In this document: positions 9,166 to 18,868 of the stretch, in pieces
Layout of the letters: every line of letters begins with the position of its first letter
Position numbering within the stretch: the stretch's first letter is position 1
Assembly (NCBI GenBank): GCA_021791275.1
Contig: JAJYWX010000029.1
Coordinates: 14,074 to 78,073, forward strand
DNA from: a bacterium
GTDB taxonomy: Bacteria > Patescibacteriota > Dojkabacteria > JAKAPS01 > JAJZLI01
DNA length: 64,000 nucleotides
Direction: 5' to 3'
Made by a program: the position numbers and the translations under genes
The notes under the pieces: model-generated
Databases searched by the model: none
What the model was told of the DNA's origin: nothing
Seen by the model: only the letters and a program-made list of their open reading frames with translations

Positions 9166-9273
9166 TATCTATTGAAAATGGCTAATAGACTTGATAGCAA
9201 TAACCCAATTATCGTAGCAAGCATTATAACTATAAATATAATATCCCCATATTTTTTAAACATTTTCTTTTTT

Positions 9274-10479
9274 CTACTCATCTTTTTTTATTCTAACTAT
9301 ACTTTTTTTGCCAACTTTTACCATCATTTTGTCTTTTATATTAATAATTTCTTTATAATCAAGTACTTTCTTTTTATCTACCAATACTGCTCCGGATAAG
9401 ATTAATCTCTTAGCTTCAGCCCTAGAAGGCATTTGCCCTGTTAGATTAGATATTAAGGTTAGTATATCAACATTATCACTTTTAACCTTTACTTCAATTA
9501 TATCATCTAATTTATCATAATCTTTATTTTGAATCCTTTGTTTAAAATATTCTTCAGCTTTTAGAGCATCTTTTTTACTACTGTACATGGAAGTTATTTC
9601 AAAAGCTAAAGTTTTTTTAATATTCATTATTCCACTTTTTGATGATTTTTTGAGATCGTTATTTATTTCTTTTATAACTTTATCAGAGATTCTTGTGGTT
9701 AGAGTAAAATACTCTATTATTTCTGTATCCCTTATACTCATAACTTTACCATATATGTCATTGGGGGTGTCCATTATATTAATCACATTTCCCCAAGAAG
9801 TAGACATCTTTCTGCCATCTGTTCCTATTAATAATTTCTTTGTAACAATATCTTGTTTTTTCATTCCAAAGAATTCTTGAACCTCCCTGCCTGAAAGTAG
9901 ATTAAAAAGCTGATCTGACCCTCCAAGTTCAACATCAGATTTTATTGCTACAGAGTCATATCCTTGCATTAATGGGTATAAAAATTCATGTAAACCAATG
10001 GGAATTTTATTGTCATATCTATAATGAAAATTCTCCCTCTCTATCATTTGTGCAACTGTGAATTTTTTTGATAGAGCTATTAGTGTTGAAAATTCTAATT
10101 TATCTAACCATTCTGAATTATATCTAAATTCAACTTTTGAAAGATCTAAGATTTTGGAGAGTTGATTTTTATATGTTTTAAAATTTTCATTAACAGCTTC
10201 TCTCGAAAGATTTTTTCTAAATTCTTTCTTATCTGAGCTATCTCCTACTGTTGCTGTAAAATCACCTATGATTAAGACTATTCTGTGCCCCAATTCTTGG
10301 AAATCCCTTAATCTTTGTATTGTGGATGCCCGCCCTAGATGAATATTCTTTCCAGTTGGATCTATTCCAAATTTTACTCTTAGTTTGGTATTTTTAAGAT
10401 TTTGTGTAAGATTTTTTTTATCAACTATTTTAAAAGTTGCTCTATCAATTATTAAATTTAATGGGGATTCGTACTCCAT
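9274..10479 (-). CDS. tyrS: Tyrosyl-tRNA synthetase
   Basis: It is class I, with the HIGH-region GIDPTGKNIHLG, the KMSKS-like KMSTS and a C-terminal S4-like domain (RLILSGAVLVDKKKV). Confidence 0.8.
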   Translation of the reverse strand: MEYESPLNLIIDRATFKIVDKKNLTQNLKNTKLRVKFGIDPTGKNIHLGRASTIQRLRDFQELGHRIVLIIGDFTATVGDSSDKKEFRKNLSREAVNENFKTYKNQLSKILDLSKVEFRYNSEWLDKLEFSTLIALSKKFTVAQMIERENFHYRYDNKIPIGLHEFLYPLMQGYDSVAIKSDVELGGSDQLFNLLSGREVQEFFGMKKQDIVTKKLLIGTDGRKMSTSWGNVINIMDTPNDIYGKVMSIRDTEIIEYFTLTTRISDKVIKEINNDLKKSSKSGIMNIKKTLAFEITSMYSSKKDALKAEEYFKQRIQNKDYDKLDDIIEVKVKSDNVDILTLISNLTGQMPSRAEAKRLILSGAVLVDKKKVLDYKEIINIKDKMMVKVGKKSIVRIKKDE

Positions 10480-10544
10480 TTTTATAAAACTTTAATCTTA
10501 GTGAAGTACTCTAATATTAGCATAATATATGATATAATTAAAGT

Positions 10545-13202
10545 ATGAAAGTTATCAAATTGTTTGATAAAAAAAATAAAAAGACTAAGGCTATAAGTAA
10601 ATATAAAAGCCAAACATTAGCCAATAAAAATAAGAATAAAGATCTCATTGTAAAGATAGTAAAGAATACAGTTCTAGTCTTTGCAGTAGTTGTATTATTA
10701 GGAGCTATAGCTCTTACTGTACTTATTATAAAATATGCATTTGAACTCCCCCCTCCAGGAACTCCATTTAATAAGGTTTATGCCCAGACAACTCAAATTT
10801 ACTCTAGGGGTGGTACTTTACTTTATAGTTTCCATGGGTCGCAAAATAGAGAGTGGATACCTATAAGCCAAATACCGAAAAAAGTACAGTGGGCAGTTAT
10901 AGCTGCTGAGGATAAAAATTTTTATAATGAGCCTCTAGGAATTTCTTTTAGAGGAATACTTAGAGCCCTATATTATGACCTTTTCAAAAGATCTTCTGGA
11001 TCTCTTGAAGGTGGAAGTACCATTACTCAACAATTAGTAAAAGATACAGTTTTAACGCCACAACAAACTATACAAAGAAAACTTAAAGAAATAATCCTTA
11101 CTATTGAAATATCTCAAAAATATAGTAAAAAAGATGTGTTAGAGCAGTATTTAAATGAAGTTTATTTTGGGGGAAATGTATATGGTATTAAAGTCGCTTC
11201 GGAAACCTATTTTGGAAAAGAACCTAATCAGTTAACTCTTGCCCAATCTGCAATACTTGCTGGTATGATTCAAGCTCCATCTTTTTACTCTCCCCTATTT
11301 GGGACTAATCCAAAATATTTAGTGCCAAGGGCAGATTATGTTTTAAATCAGATGCTGGCAGATAAATATGAGACAGGGGTAACTAAAAGTGAAATTGAAC
11401 AAGCTAAGAACCAGGTCGCCCATATGCAATATAATAGTTATAACCCCTCTCAAAACATTAAAGATCCATGGTTCGTATACTATGTGAAGAATCAATTAGA
11501 ACAAAAATATGGTGTTAGTACGGTAGATAATTCTGGATGGAAAGTCTATACTACTTTGAGTTGGAAAATACAGCAAATTGCGCAACAAACTGTTGTTAAT
11601 GCTGTAAATTATTTAGTTTCTAATGGATTTAATGCACATAATGCCGCGTTAGTTTCAGTGGATCCTAATAATGGAGAAATTCTCTCAATGGTAGGGGCAT
11701 ATAAGTATGGTGTATCTTTGTATAATGGTCAAATGGATGGTTATTATAATGCGGCATTAGCACCTCGTCAGCCTGGATCATCAATTAAACCATTTTTATA
11801 CGCAACTGCCTTCCAAGATTTAGGATTCTCTCCGACAACGCTTGTTACTGATTTACCAATAGATATAAATGGATATAAACCGTTAGATTGGAATGATCTT
11901 TTTGAAGGACCACAAAGCATAAAGGTGGCATTAAGACAGTCTAGAAATATTCCTGCTGTAGAAACTCTTTATTCTTTAGGTACAACTAAATTTATTAATG
12001 AACTACATTTATTTGGTTTTACTGGTATATCTCAGTATAAAAATGATTTGTCAATAGCTATTGGGTCTGCGGGTGTTCCTTTACTTCAAAATACGGAGGC
12101 ATATTCAGTTCTTGCAAATGGAGGAATAAAATATCCTACAGTTTCAATATTAAAGATAGTTAATCCTGAAGGAAAAATCGTTTATCAATATAATCCTCAA
12201 AAATATGGGCAAAGAATAATTAAGCAAAGATATGTCTACTTAGTAGATACAATAATAGATAAATTCCCTACTCTCTACTATTCTCCATCTCCAATATATA
12301 ACGGGTATAGTGGTGGGATTACAGCAAAAACTGGAACAAGTAATCTGGCAAGGGATCTTGTCCTTATGGGATATACACCATCACTTGCGACTGGTATGTG
12401 GGCAGGTAATGATAATAACGCCCCTACTACAAATTATTCATATGGAGAAGATTTAACCCCATTTTGGAATAAATATATGTTAACGGTTCTGCCTATGTTT
12501 CCAAAAGAAAAATTTAATCAACCTCCTGGAATAGTATCTGCTTATGTATGTTCAAATAGTGGATTACTCGCAGGTCCCACAACTCCATGCTCTAAAACAT
12601 TAGGTTTATTTGCTGAAGGGCAATTACCTAAACCAGATAATTCAAATATAGAAGTGAAAGTATGCAAAGAAGACCCTAATTTGCTTGCTACTCAAAGCCA
12701 AATAGCTGCTGGGGATTATGAAAATAAAGTCTATGTACAACTCCATGCTTCTGCTCCAATATTCCAAGCAGCTTTAGATTCATGGGAAAGCTCTCAAGGT
12801 GGGGTCTATTCACCTCCTCCTACCCAGTATTGTAATCAATATACTGGTCCGAATAATACGATTCAAGTTAATGTTTCATCCCCAACAGCAAACCAAACTT
12901 ATGTTGCAGGTACTAGTGGAAATATAAGTGTATCTGGGGTAGCTATTTCACCTAATAATATAACAAATATAACTATATCTTTAGAGGATTCTAGTGGTAA
13001 TGTTATAGGAAATGATACTCAAACAATTAGTGGAAATCCTAATTTCAATAATGTGAACTTCCCAATACCATCACAACCTGGTAATTATATAATATCTGTT
13101 AATGCAAAGGATTCAAATAATGTACAGGGAAGTGCAACAGTAAATATATCTGTAACAAATTCTAGCTCTAATACATCTTCTAATAATGGTACCAACGGAT
13201 AA
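10545..13202 (+). CDS. Class A penicillin-binding protein (PBP1A, transglycosylase/transpeptidase) with a C-terminal Ig-like extension
   Basis: It has a TM anchor, GT51 motifs (IAAEDKNFY, GGSTITQQL) and the transpeptidase SxxK (GSSIKP). The C-terminus is an Ig-like domain followed by a Ser/Asn-rich tail. Confidence 0.85.
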   Translation: MKVIKLFDKKNKKTKAISKYKSQTLANKNKNKDLIVKIVKNTVLVFAVVVLLGAIALTVLIIKYAFELPPPGTPFNKVYAQTTQIYSRGGTLLYSFHGSQNREWIPISQIPKKVQWAVIAAEDKNFYNEPLGISFRGILRALYYDLFKRSSGSLEGGSTITQQLVKDTVLTPQQTIQRKLKEIILTIEISQKYSKKDVLEQYLNEVYFGGNVYGIKVASETYFGKEPNQLTLAQSAILAGMIQAPSFYSPLFGTNPKYLVPRADYVLNQMLADKYETGVTKSEIEQAKNQVAHMQYNSYNPSQNIKDPWFVYYVKNQLEQKYGVSTVDNSGWKVYTTLSWKIQQIAQQTVVNAVNYLVSNGFNAHNAALVSVDPNNGEILSMVGAYKYGVSLYNGQMDGYYNAALAPRQPGSSIKPFLYATAFQDLGFSPTTLVTDLPIDINGYKPLDWNDLFEGPQSIKVALRQSRNIPAVETLYSLGTTKFINELHLFGFTGISQYKNDLSIAIGSAGVPLLQNTEAYSVLANGGIKYPTVSILKIVNPEGKIVYQYNPQKYGQRIIKQRYVYLVDTIIDKFPTLYYSPSPIYNGYSGGITAKTGTSNLARDLVLMGYTPSLATGMWAGNDNNAPTTNYSYGEDLTPFWNKYMLTVLPMFPKEKFNQPPGIVSAYVCSNSGLLAGPTTPCSKTLGLFAEGQLPKPDNSNIEVKVCKEDPNLLATQSQIAAGDYENKVYVQLHASAPIFQAALDSWESSQGGVYSPPPTQYCNQYTGPNNTIQVNVSSPTANQTYVAGTSGNISVSGVAISPNNITNITISLEDSSGNVIGNDTQTISGNPNFNNVNFPIPSQPGNYIISVNAKDSNNVQGSATVNISVTNSSSNTSSNNGTNG

Positions 13203-13238
13203 GTTATATATATTTCTTTAAAATAATCCTTATAAATA

Positions 13239-15617
13239 TTATCTGAAATATATTCCTTTATTGTTTTTGGAAATGGTGTCTTTAATATTAGCCATTTTTC
13301 CTTTTATCTCTTCAGATCTAAATGTTCTTTCAAAATTTTGGAATTTTAATCTTACTGTTAAGCTTATTTCATTTTCTTTAAGGGGCTTTCCTTCATAGAT
13401 ATCTATAATATATTTTTCTCGAATATTATCATCATTTATTAAAGATAGTATTTGAGAAGAATTATAAAACTTTTTATTATATACAACATTTAAATCTTCT
13501 GTAATTTCTTGATATTGAGATATAGCTTTGTATAATCTATTTTTGTTGATATATTTTAGTAATAGATCTACATTTAAATTGCATATACTTAAGTTTCCAA
13601 TAATATTAAAATTATCTTTTATTTGTGGGTGAACATTTGTTATATTTCCTATTAGAGTATCACTTAGATATATACTAGCACTTTGGGTCTTGATAGCTTC
13701 CTCTGAATTAGATTCTTTAATGTAATTAAAATCTTCTGATAAATTTAGATATTCCTTAATATTATCAATGATATTTTTTAGTTCAAAAAAAGTTCCAATC
13801 TCTTTATTCTTTGAATAAATAGATATACATAGATTTAATTTTTCATCAGGTAATTCTTCCTTGGTTTTAAAGTAGGTATTAGCTATTTCAAAAAGTCTAA
13901 AGTAATCATAATTTTTCGCATTTAAATTAACTGTTTTTAGCATTGAAGGTACTAGTGTTTGCCTTAAATGCGTAAATTCATCTGATATTGGATTAATTAT
14001 CTTTATAGAATCACCTAATTCATAATTACTTTGTTTTAATAACGATTCATTTATAAAAGAATATGTTTTTATTTCATATCCTCCAGAAGCAGCAATAATA
14101 GTTCTTAATTTTTTTTCAATTTCATATAAAGGATTTGGTATTATTTCTGATGATTCATAAACTGGGAGTCTAACAGGTATATTATTGTATCCATAGATTC
14201 TCCCAATCTCTTCAATAATATCTACATCTTCTTTTATATCTTTTCTTTCTTGAGGTGGAAGTATATTTAATATATCTGATTTTACAGAAACTTCCATATT
14301 AAGATTTTCTAAAATTTCCAATATCTCTTTTTTATCTATATCTATTCCCAGAATTTGCTTAACTTTTTTTATATCTAGAGAAATCTCATTATTTAATTTC
14401 TCTTTTTTTGATATTATATCTATTAAATTAGAGCCTTCTTCTCCGCAAGAGACATCTTTAATTAAAGATATTGCTTTTAAGATACCTTCATATGCAAATT
14501 TCTGAGAAAGGTTCTTCTCATATCTTATAGATGCATCAGTTTTAATTTTTACTGATTTAGAAGATTTTCTTATCTTTATGGAATCAAATGTAGCACTTTC
14601 AAGGAAGATATTTTTGGTATTATCATCTACTTCTGAATCCTTACCTCCCATAATTCCAGCAATACCTATAGCTCTATTATTATTTGCTATCACATAATTC
14701 TCTTCAGTCAAAATTCTTCTTTTTGAATCCAGTGTTTCTATAATTTCATTACTTTTTGCCTTCCTTACTATTATTTCAGATTTATCACCTCCAATTTTAT
14801 CTAAGTCAAAAGCATGTAAGGGTTGCCCAATATCAAGCATTATATAATTCGTAGCATCTACGATATTGTTTATACTATTTACTCCAACTCTATTTAATTT
14901 TTGCTTTAACCATACTGGAGACTCTTTAATTTCTACATTTTTAATTATAATCCCGAGATATCTTGTACAAAAGTCCTTATCTAGAATGGAGACCTTAAAA
15001 TCCTTATCTATATTTATATCTAACTTATTTTCTTTATCAAAATAAATTTTTGTTTTTGTTAAAGCAAAAAATTCTCTGGCAATTCCTCTGTGAGAAAACA
15101 AATCTGGCCTATTAGATATAATCTTATTATCAATTTCTATTATAGTATCGGAAAAAATTTTTGATATTTTTTCTCCAATATGTTTACTATAGTATTCTCC
15201 TAAATCCATTATACCTGTATGATCATTTCCAATTCCGAGTTCTTTTTCAGAGCAGAGCATTCCGTTGGAATCTATTCCTCTTAGATTTTTTTTCTCTATA
15301 ACCATTCCATTTGGGAGTTTTCCTCCTGATTTTATGAGTGGACAGATCATTCCAACATATATATTGGGTGCTCCAGTTACAATTTGTAAATTTTTATTGT
15401 CAATCTCAGCTTCTACAATTTTTAATTTTTCTGCATTGGGATGATTAATTATTTTTTTTATTTTTGATACAAAAACATCATCCAATCCTTCCCCATATTC
15501 TATTATCTGATCTATATCTATACATTGCTGTGCAAATTTATCTAAAAGATTGTATAAATCTTTTTTATTATTTGGTAGATCAGTATATTCTTTTATCCAA
15601 GATGTAGAAATTTTCAT
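13239..15617 (-). CDS. pheT: Phenylalanyl-tRNA synthetase beta subunit
   Basis: It is 792 aa with an N-terminal tRNA-binding OB domain (NAEKLKIVEAEIDNKNLQIVTGAPN) and the B3/4 and B5 regions. It lies directly downstream of pheS. Confidence 0.9.
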   Translation of the reverse strand: MKISTSWIKEYTDLPNNKKDLYNLLDKFAQQCIDIDQIIEYGEGLDDVFVSKIKKIINHPNAEKLKIVEAEIDNKNLQIVTGAPNIYVGMICPLIKSGGKLPNGMVIEKKNLRGIDSNGMLCSEKELGIGNDHTGIMDLGEYYSKHIGEKISKIFSDTIIEIDNKIISNRPDLFSHRGIAREFFALTKTKIYFDKENKLDINIDKDFKVSILDKDFCTRYLGIIIKNVEIKESPVWLKQKLNRVGVNSINNIVDATNYIMLDIGQPLHAFDLDKIGGDKSEIIVRKAKSNEIIETLDSKRRILTEENYVIANNNRAIGIAGIMGGKDSEVDDNTKNIFLESATFDSIKIRKSSKSVKIKTDASIRYEKNLSQKFAYEGILKAISLIKDVSCGEEGSNLIDIISKKEKLNNEISLDIKKVKQILGIDIDKKEILEILENLNMEVSVKSDILNILPPQERKDIKEDVDIIEEIGRIYGYNNIPVRLPVYESSEIIPNPLYEIEKKLRTIIAASGGYEIKTYSFINESLLKQSNYELGDSIKIINPISDEFTHLRQTLVPSMLKTVNLNAKNYDYFRLFEIANTYFKTKEELPDEKLNLCISIYSKNKEIGTFFELKNIIDNIKEYLNLSEDFNYIKESNSEEAIKTQSASIYLSDTLIGNITNVHPQIKDNFNIIGNLSICNLNVDLLLKYINKNRLYKAISQYQEITEDLNVVYNKKFYNSSQILSLINDDNIREKYIIDIYEGKPLKENEISLTVRLKFQNFERTFRSEEIKGKMANIKDTISKNNKGIYFR

Positions 15618-16663
15618 ATTTGCTTAAATTGATTTAAAAATCGAAGATCATTTTCAAAGAAATATCTCGTATCTTGTATCATATTTTTTACAATTAACAA
15701 TCTTTCTGGTCCTCCTCCAAATGCGAATCCTTGATATATTTCAGGATCGATATTAACATTCCTAAGGACTTGTGGGTGTACCATACCTCCGCCTAATAAT
15801 TCTATCCATCCTTTATTGCTACAAACATTACATCCCTTTCCTTGACATAATATACAGGTTGCATCAACTTCAAAACTAGGTTCTGTATATGGAAAATATG
15901 AATGTCTGAACCTTATTTCTATTTTGTCGTTTTCAAATATATTTCTTAAAGCTATTGTCAAAAAGCTTTTTAAATCGGAAACATTTGTGGATTTATCTAT
16001 TACTAACCCTTCATATTGGTAGAACATAAAGGAGTGTCTACTATCTGCATTTTCATTTCTATAAACTTTTCCCGGAGCCAATATTCTTATAGGAGGTTTT
16101 TGTTTTAACATAGTTCTAATTTGCATTGAGGATGTATGAGTTCTTGGTAATATATGGTTTTCTTCAATATAGAATGTATCTTGCATATCTCTTGCTGGGT
16201 GATGTATATCCATATTTAAAGCTTGGAAACAAAACCAATCAGTCTCTATTTCTGGGCCTGATGCAATTGAGAAACCAAATGATTTAAAATTATCTGTAAT
16301 ATTATCCATCATTTGAGAGATTGGGTGTATAGAGCCTATATTAATATTATTTGTAGATAAAGTAACATCTATATCCCTTTCTATTTCATGTAAAAATACT
16401 CTATTTTTGAGTATTAATTCCTTCTCTTTTATTTTATTTTGTATCTCACCTTTTACTTTATTTGAAAATTGACCTATTTCTATTTTATCCTTTTTATCGT
16501 AATTTTTTATTTGTGATATTGTTTTAGATAAATAAGAATCTTTCCCGAAATATTTTGAGTGTATTTTTTTTAATACTTCTAAATCTTTGCAATCATCTAT
16601 ATCTATTATGGCCTGATCTCGCTCTGTAGATATTTGATTTATTAATTTTTTCCTATCAAGCAT
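15614..16663 (-). CDS. pheS: Phenylalanyl-tRNA synthetase alpha subunit
   Basis: The class II motifs FRHSYFPYTEPSFEVD and GFAFGGGPERL are present. Confidence 0.9.
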   Translation of the reverse strand: MLDRKKLINQISTERDQAIIDIDDCKDLEVLKKIHSKYFGKDSYLSKTISQIKNYDKKDKIEIGQFSNKVKGEIQNKIKEKELILKNRVFLHEIERDIDVTLSTNNINIGSIHPISQMMDNITDNFKSFGFSIASGPEIETDWFCFQALNMDIHHPARDMQDTFYIEENHILPRTHTSSMQIRTMLKQKPPIRILAPGKVYRNENADSRHSFMFYQYEGLVIDKSTNVSDLKSFLTIALRNIFENDKIEIRFRHSYFPYTEPSFEVDATCILCQGKGCNVCSNKGWIELLGGGMVHPQVLRNVNIDPEIYQGFAFGGGPERLLIVKNMIQDTRYFFENDLRFLNQFKQI

Positions 16664-17009
16664 CTTTGTTTTTTACGCTATTGATAATAGTATTAAATAT
16701 TTCTTTATCTTCTGTAGCAAAATATGCCAGAACCTTTCTATTTAATAGTATGTTATTATCCTTTTGTAATTTTTGGAATTGTGAATAAGATATATTAGAC
16801 TCAGAGAGTGATGCAGATATTCTCATTATCCATAGTTGCCTAAAATTATTCTTCTTTTTCTTCCTACCGTTATATGAATATTGGCCTGCGTGTAATATGG
16901 CTTCTTTTGAAACCTTTACAAGGTTACCTTTAGTCATTCTATAACCTTTTGTTAGTTTATGTATTTTATTGTGTTTTTTATGCTTTGATAAGCCTTTTTT
17001 GATTCTCAT
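16656..17009 (-). CDS. rplT: 50S ribosomal protein L20
   Basis: MRIKKG...HAGQYSYNGRKKKKNNFRQLWIMRISA matches the L20 consensus (..AGQYAYRDRR..KR.FR.LWI.RINAA). Confidence 0.9.
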   Translation of the reverse strand: MRIKKGLSKHKKHNKIHKLTKGYRMTKGNLVKVSKEAILHAGQYSYNGRKKKKNNFRQLWIMRISASLSESNISYSQFQKLQKDNNILLNRKVLAYFATEDKEIFNTIINSVKNKDA

Positions 17010-17015
17010 AATTTT

Positions 17016-17201
17016 TTATAAATCTGATTGTAACTTCTTTCCTGCAGATTTTTCAAGGATCTTGTTTCCCTTTACTTTATTTCTACTATTACTAGTTTTC
17101 TTTGCCATAAAATGAGAAACACCTTTTATTTTATGCAATACTTTATTATTTTTAGTTTTTCTAAATCTTTTTACTAATATTTTTTTTGTTTTCTTTTTCA
17201 T
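17016..17201 (-). CDS. rpmI: 50S ribosomal protein L35
   Basis: It is a basic 61-aa protein (MKKKTKKILVKRFRKTK...) sitting between infC and rplT, the canonical position for L35. Confidence 0.75.
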   Translation of the reverse strand: MKKKTKKILVKRFRKTKNNKVLHKIKGVSHFMAKKTSNSRNKVKGNKILEKSAGKKLQSDL

Positions 17202-17716
17202 TTTATTGGTTGTAATAAAGATATTATTGTTCTTCCTTCAAGTTTTGGTTCAGATTCAAGTTTCATGTCATTTTCTAAATCCACTATTATTCTCTTCATT
17301 AGTAAGGTAGCATTTTCATTACTTGCTCTTCCAGTCATTCTTATAACTATTTTTACCCTATGTTTATCTTCCAAAAACTCTCTTATCCTATTTATCTTAT
17401 TATTGTAATCACCTATACCTATAAAAGGTTTAAATCGTATCTCTTTTATATCCTTAGTTTTATTTTTCTGTTTATTCTCCCTATCTTTCTTGCTTTGTTC
17501 ATATTTATATTTTGAGAAAGACATCAACTTGCAAACAGGAGGGTTTGCATTTGGAGATATTTCAATTAAATCTAATCCTTTTGATTTGGATAATGACAAA
17601 GCTTCATTTCTAGATATTATTCCTATAAACTTCCCTTCTTCATCTATAACTCTTAAGGTTTCTGCCCGGATATATTCATTATACCTTATTAAATTGTTTC
17701 TATTATTTTTTATGAT
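17198..17716 (-). CDS. infC: Translation initiation factor IF-3, extended 5' of the ORF-track TTG to a non-AUG (AUC or AUA) start
   Basis: The ORF-track product has GLDLIEISPNANPPVCKLMSFSKYKYEQSKK, the IF3 core. The upstream in-frame reading IRAETLRVIDEEGKFIGIISRNEAL matches the IF3 N-domain. No ATG/GTG/TTG lies between the in-frame TAG (17720-17722) and that region. An SD GAGGAGG at 17725-17731 sits 8 nt before ATC (17714-17716) and 11 nt before ATA (17711-17713). Confidence 0.8.
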   Translation of the reverse strand: MIKNNRNNLIRYNEYIRAETLRVIDEEGKFIGIISRNEALSLSKSKGLDLIEISPNANPPVCKLMSFSKYKYEQSKKDRENKQKNKTKDIKEIRFKPFIGIGDYNNKINRIREFLEDKHRVKIVIRMTGRASNENATLLMKRIIVDLENDMKLESEPKLEGRTIISLLQPIK

Positions 17717-17724
17717 AGACTAAA

Positions 17725-17731
17725 CCTCCTC
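17725..17731 (-). promoter_or_regulatory. Shine-Dalgarno GAGGAGG for infC, positioned to drive initiation at a non-AUG codon
   Basis: The minus-strand reading is GAGGAGG TTTAGTCT ATC ATA AAA..., which continues in frame into the IF3 N-domain with no canonical start codon. Confidence 0.6.
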
Positions 17732-17794
17732 AAAAAATTAGCTTAACTAATATTGTGATATTACCAGAGATTTTACTCTTTGTAAAGGAATTAA

Positions 17795-18403
17795 TTACTC
17801 TGTAATAATGTTTAAGCTCTCTTTTTTAACTATACTCTTTTCTAAGAATTTTATATTCTCAGTTAAAAACGATTCAAATTTATTTTTATCAATATCAATG
17901 TATATTTTCTCTCCAAATATTTTAGGAGGATTTTTTGCTTTTCCCACAAAAATCTCTCCAAATATTCCATTCTCTTCATAAACAACGAATTTAACTATAT
18001 TTTCATTTTGGTCTTCAATCACATAATTAATTATCTTTTTGTCTATATTTATAGTTGTATATAAATATATAAAGATTCCATTAAAATCTGGTGTTCTTGA
18101 TTTAAATACAGCATATTCATTGTTATTATCATTAATATTTTTAGATATATCTTCTTCTTTTTCTAGATATATAAAGTTTTTTCCATATAAACTTACTATT
18201 GAATGGATTGAGACTATAAAGTCTTTTATATATTCAATTTCATTTTGAATATTATCTTTTACTTTTATTTCATCTATAATTTTATTTCTTATTGAAGATA
18301 TAATATTTATTAATATATTTTGATTATATTCATCAAATACTTGGGGTATTTCAACTTTTGATAGAATTTTTATATATGTACCTATTTCATTATTATCATT
18401 CAT
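17795..18403 (-). CDS. Hypothetical protein, 202 aa
   Basis: It is a long ORF on the same strand as the flanking thrS and infC, and it overlaps the upstream hypothetical by 8 bp. I recognise no motif. Confidence 0.4.
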   Translation of the reverse strand: MNDNNEIGTYIKILSKVEIPQVFDEYNQNILINIISSIRNKIIDEIKVKDNIQNEIEYIKDFIVSIHSIVSLYGKNFIYLEKEEDISKNINDNNNEYAVFKSRTPDFNGIFIYLYTTINIDKKIINYVIEDQNENIVKFVVYEENGIFGEIFVGKAKNPPKIFGEKIYIDIDKNKFESFLTENIKFLEKSIVKKESLNIITE

Positions 18404-18830
18404 GATATCTATTATTAGGAGTAAAACTATCTATAAATTCATCGTAATCTTTTTCTAATATCGGGGTCATTTCTGAATTTCTGTCTATCCCTATATGCCT
18501 ATATACTTTATTTAAAGGATTTATTTTAATACTTTTTTCTAAAATTACATGATATCCCCTTTTTTGCCTCTTTTCTAATTCTAATGTCACTATACCTACA
18601 TTATGTTTTTTCACCACAACTTTAAATTTTGGTTTTAAACTAAGTAGTGATTTAATTTCATCTTCAATTATAAGTATTTCATTGTTTTTAAGGATCTTTC
18701 TTTTTAGTTTTTTATTATTTATAACGTGGTTGAGAGACATTATACTTGTACTAAGATTTAAGTATTGGAATTTTTTTATTGTATCTATAATAAAAGAATC
18801 AATCTCTTTCTGTATTTTATTAACTGTCAT
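18396..18830 (-). CDS. Hypothetical protein, 144 aa
   Basis: It is an ORF between thrS and the 202-aa hypothetical and is translationally coupled to it. I recognise no motif. Confidence 0.4.
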   Translation of the reverse strand: MTVNKIQKEIDSFIIDTIKKFQYLNLSTSIMSLNHVINNKKLKRKILKNNEILIIEDEIKSLLSLKPKFKVVVKKHNVGIVTLELEKRQKRGYHVILEKSIKINPLNKVYRHIGIDRNSEMTPILEKDYDEFIDSFTPNNRYHE

Positions 18831-18868
18831 AAATTCATTATATAGAGTGGGTATTCCTATTACAATAG

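Noticed and set aside
10480-10544. T-box or other leader upstream of tyrS, ileS and thrS
   Set aside because: The intergenic spacers are 40-65 nt, too short for a T-box. I saw no specifier or antiterminator structure.
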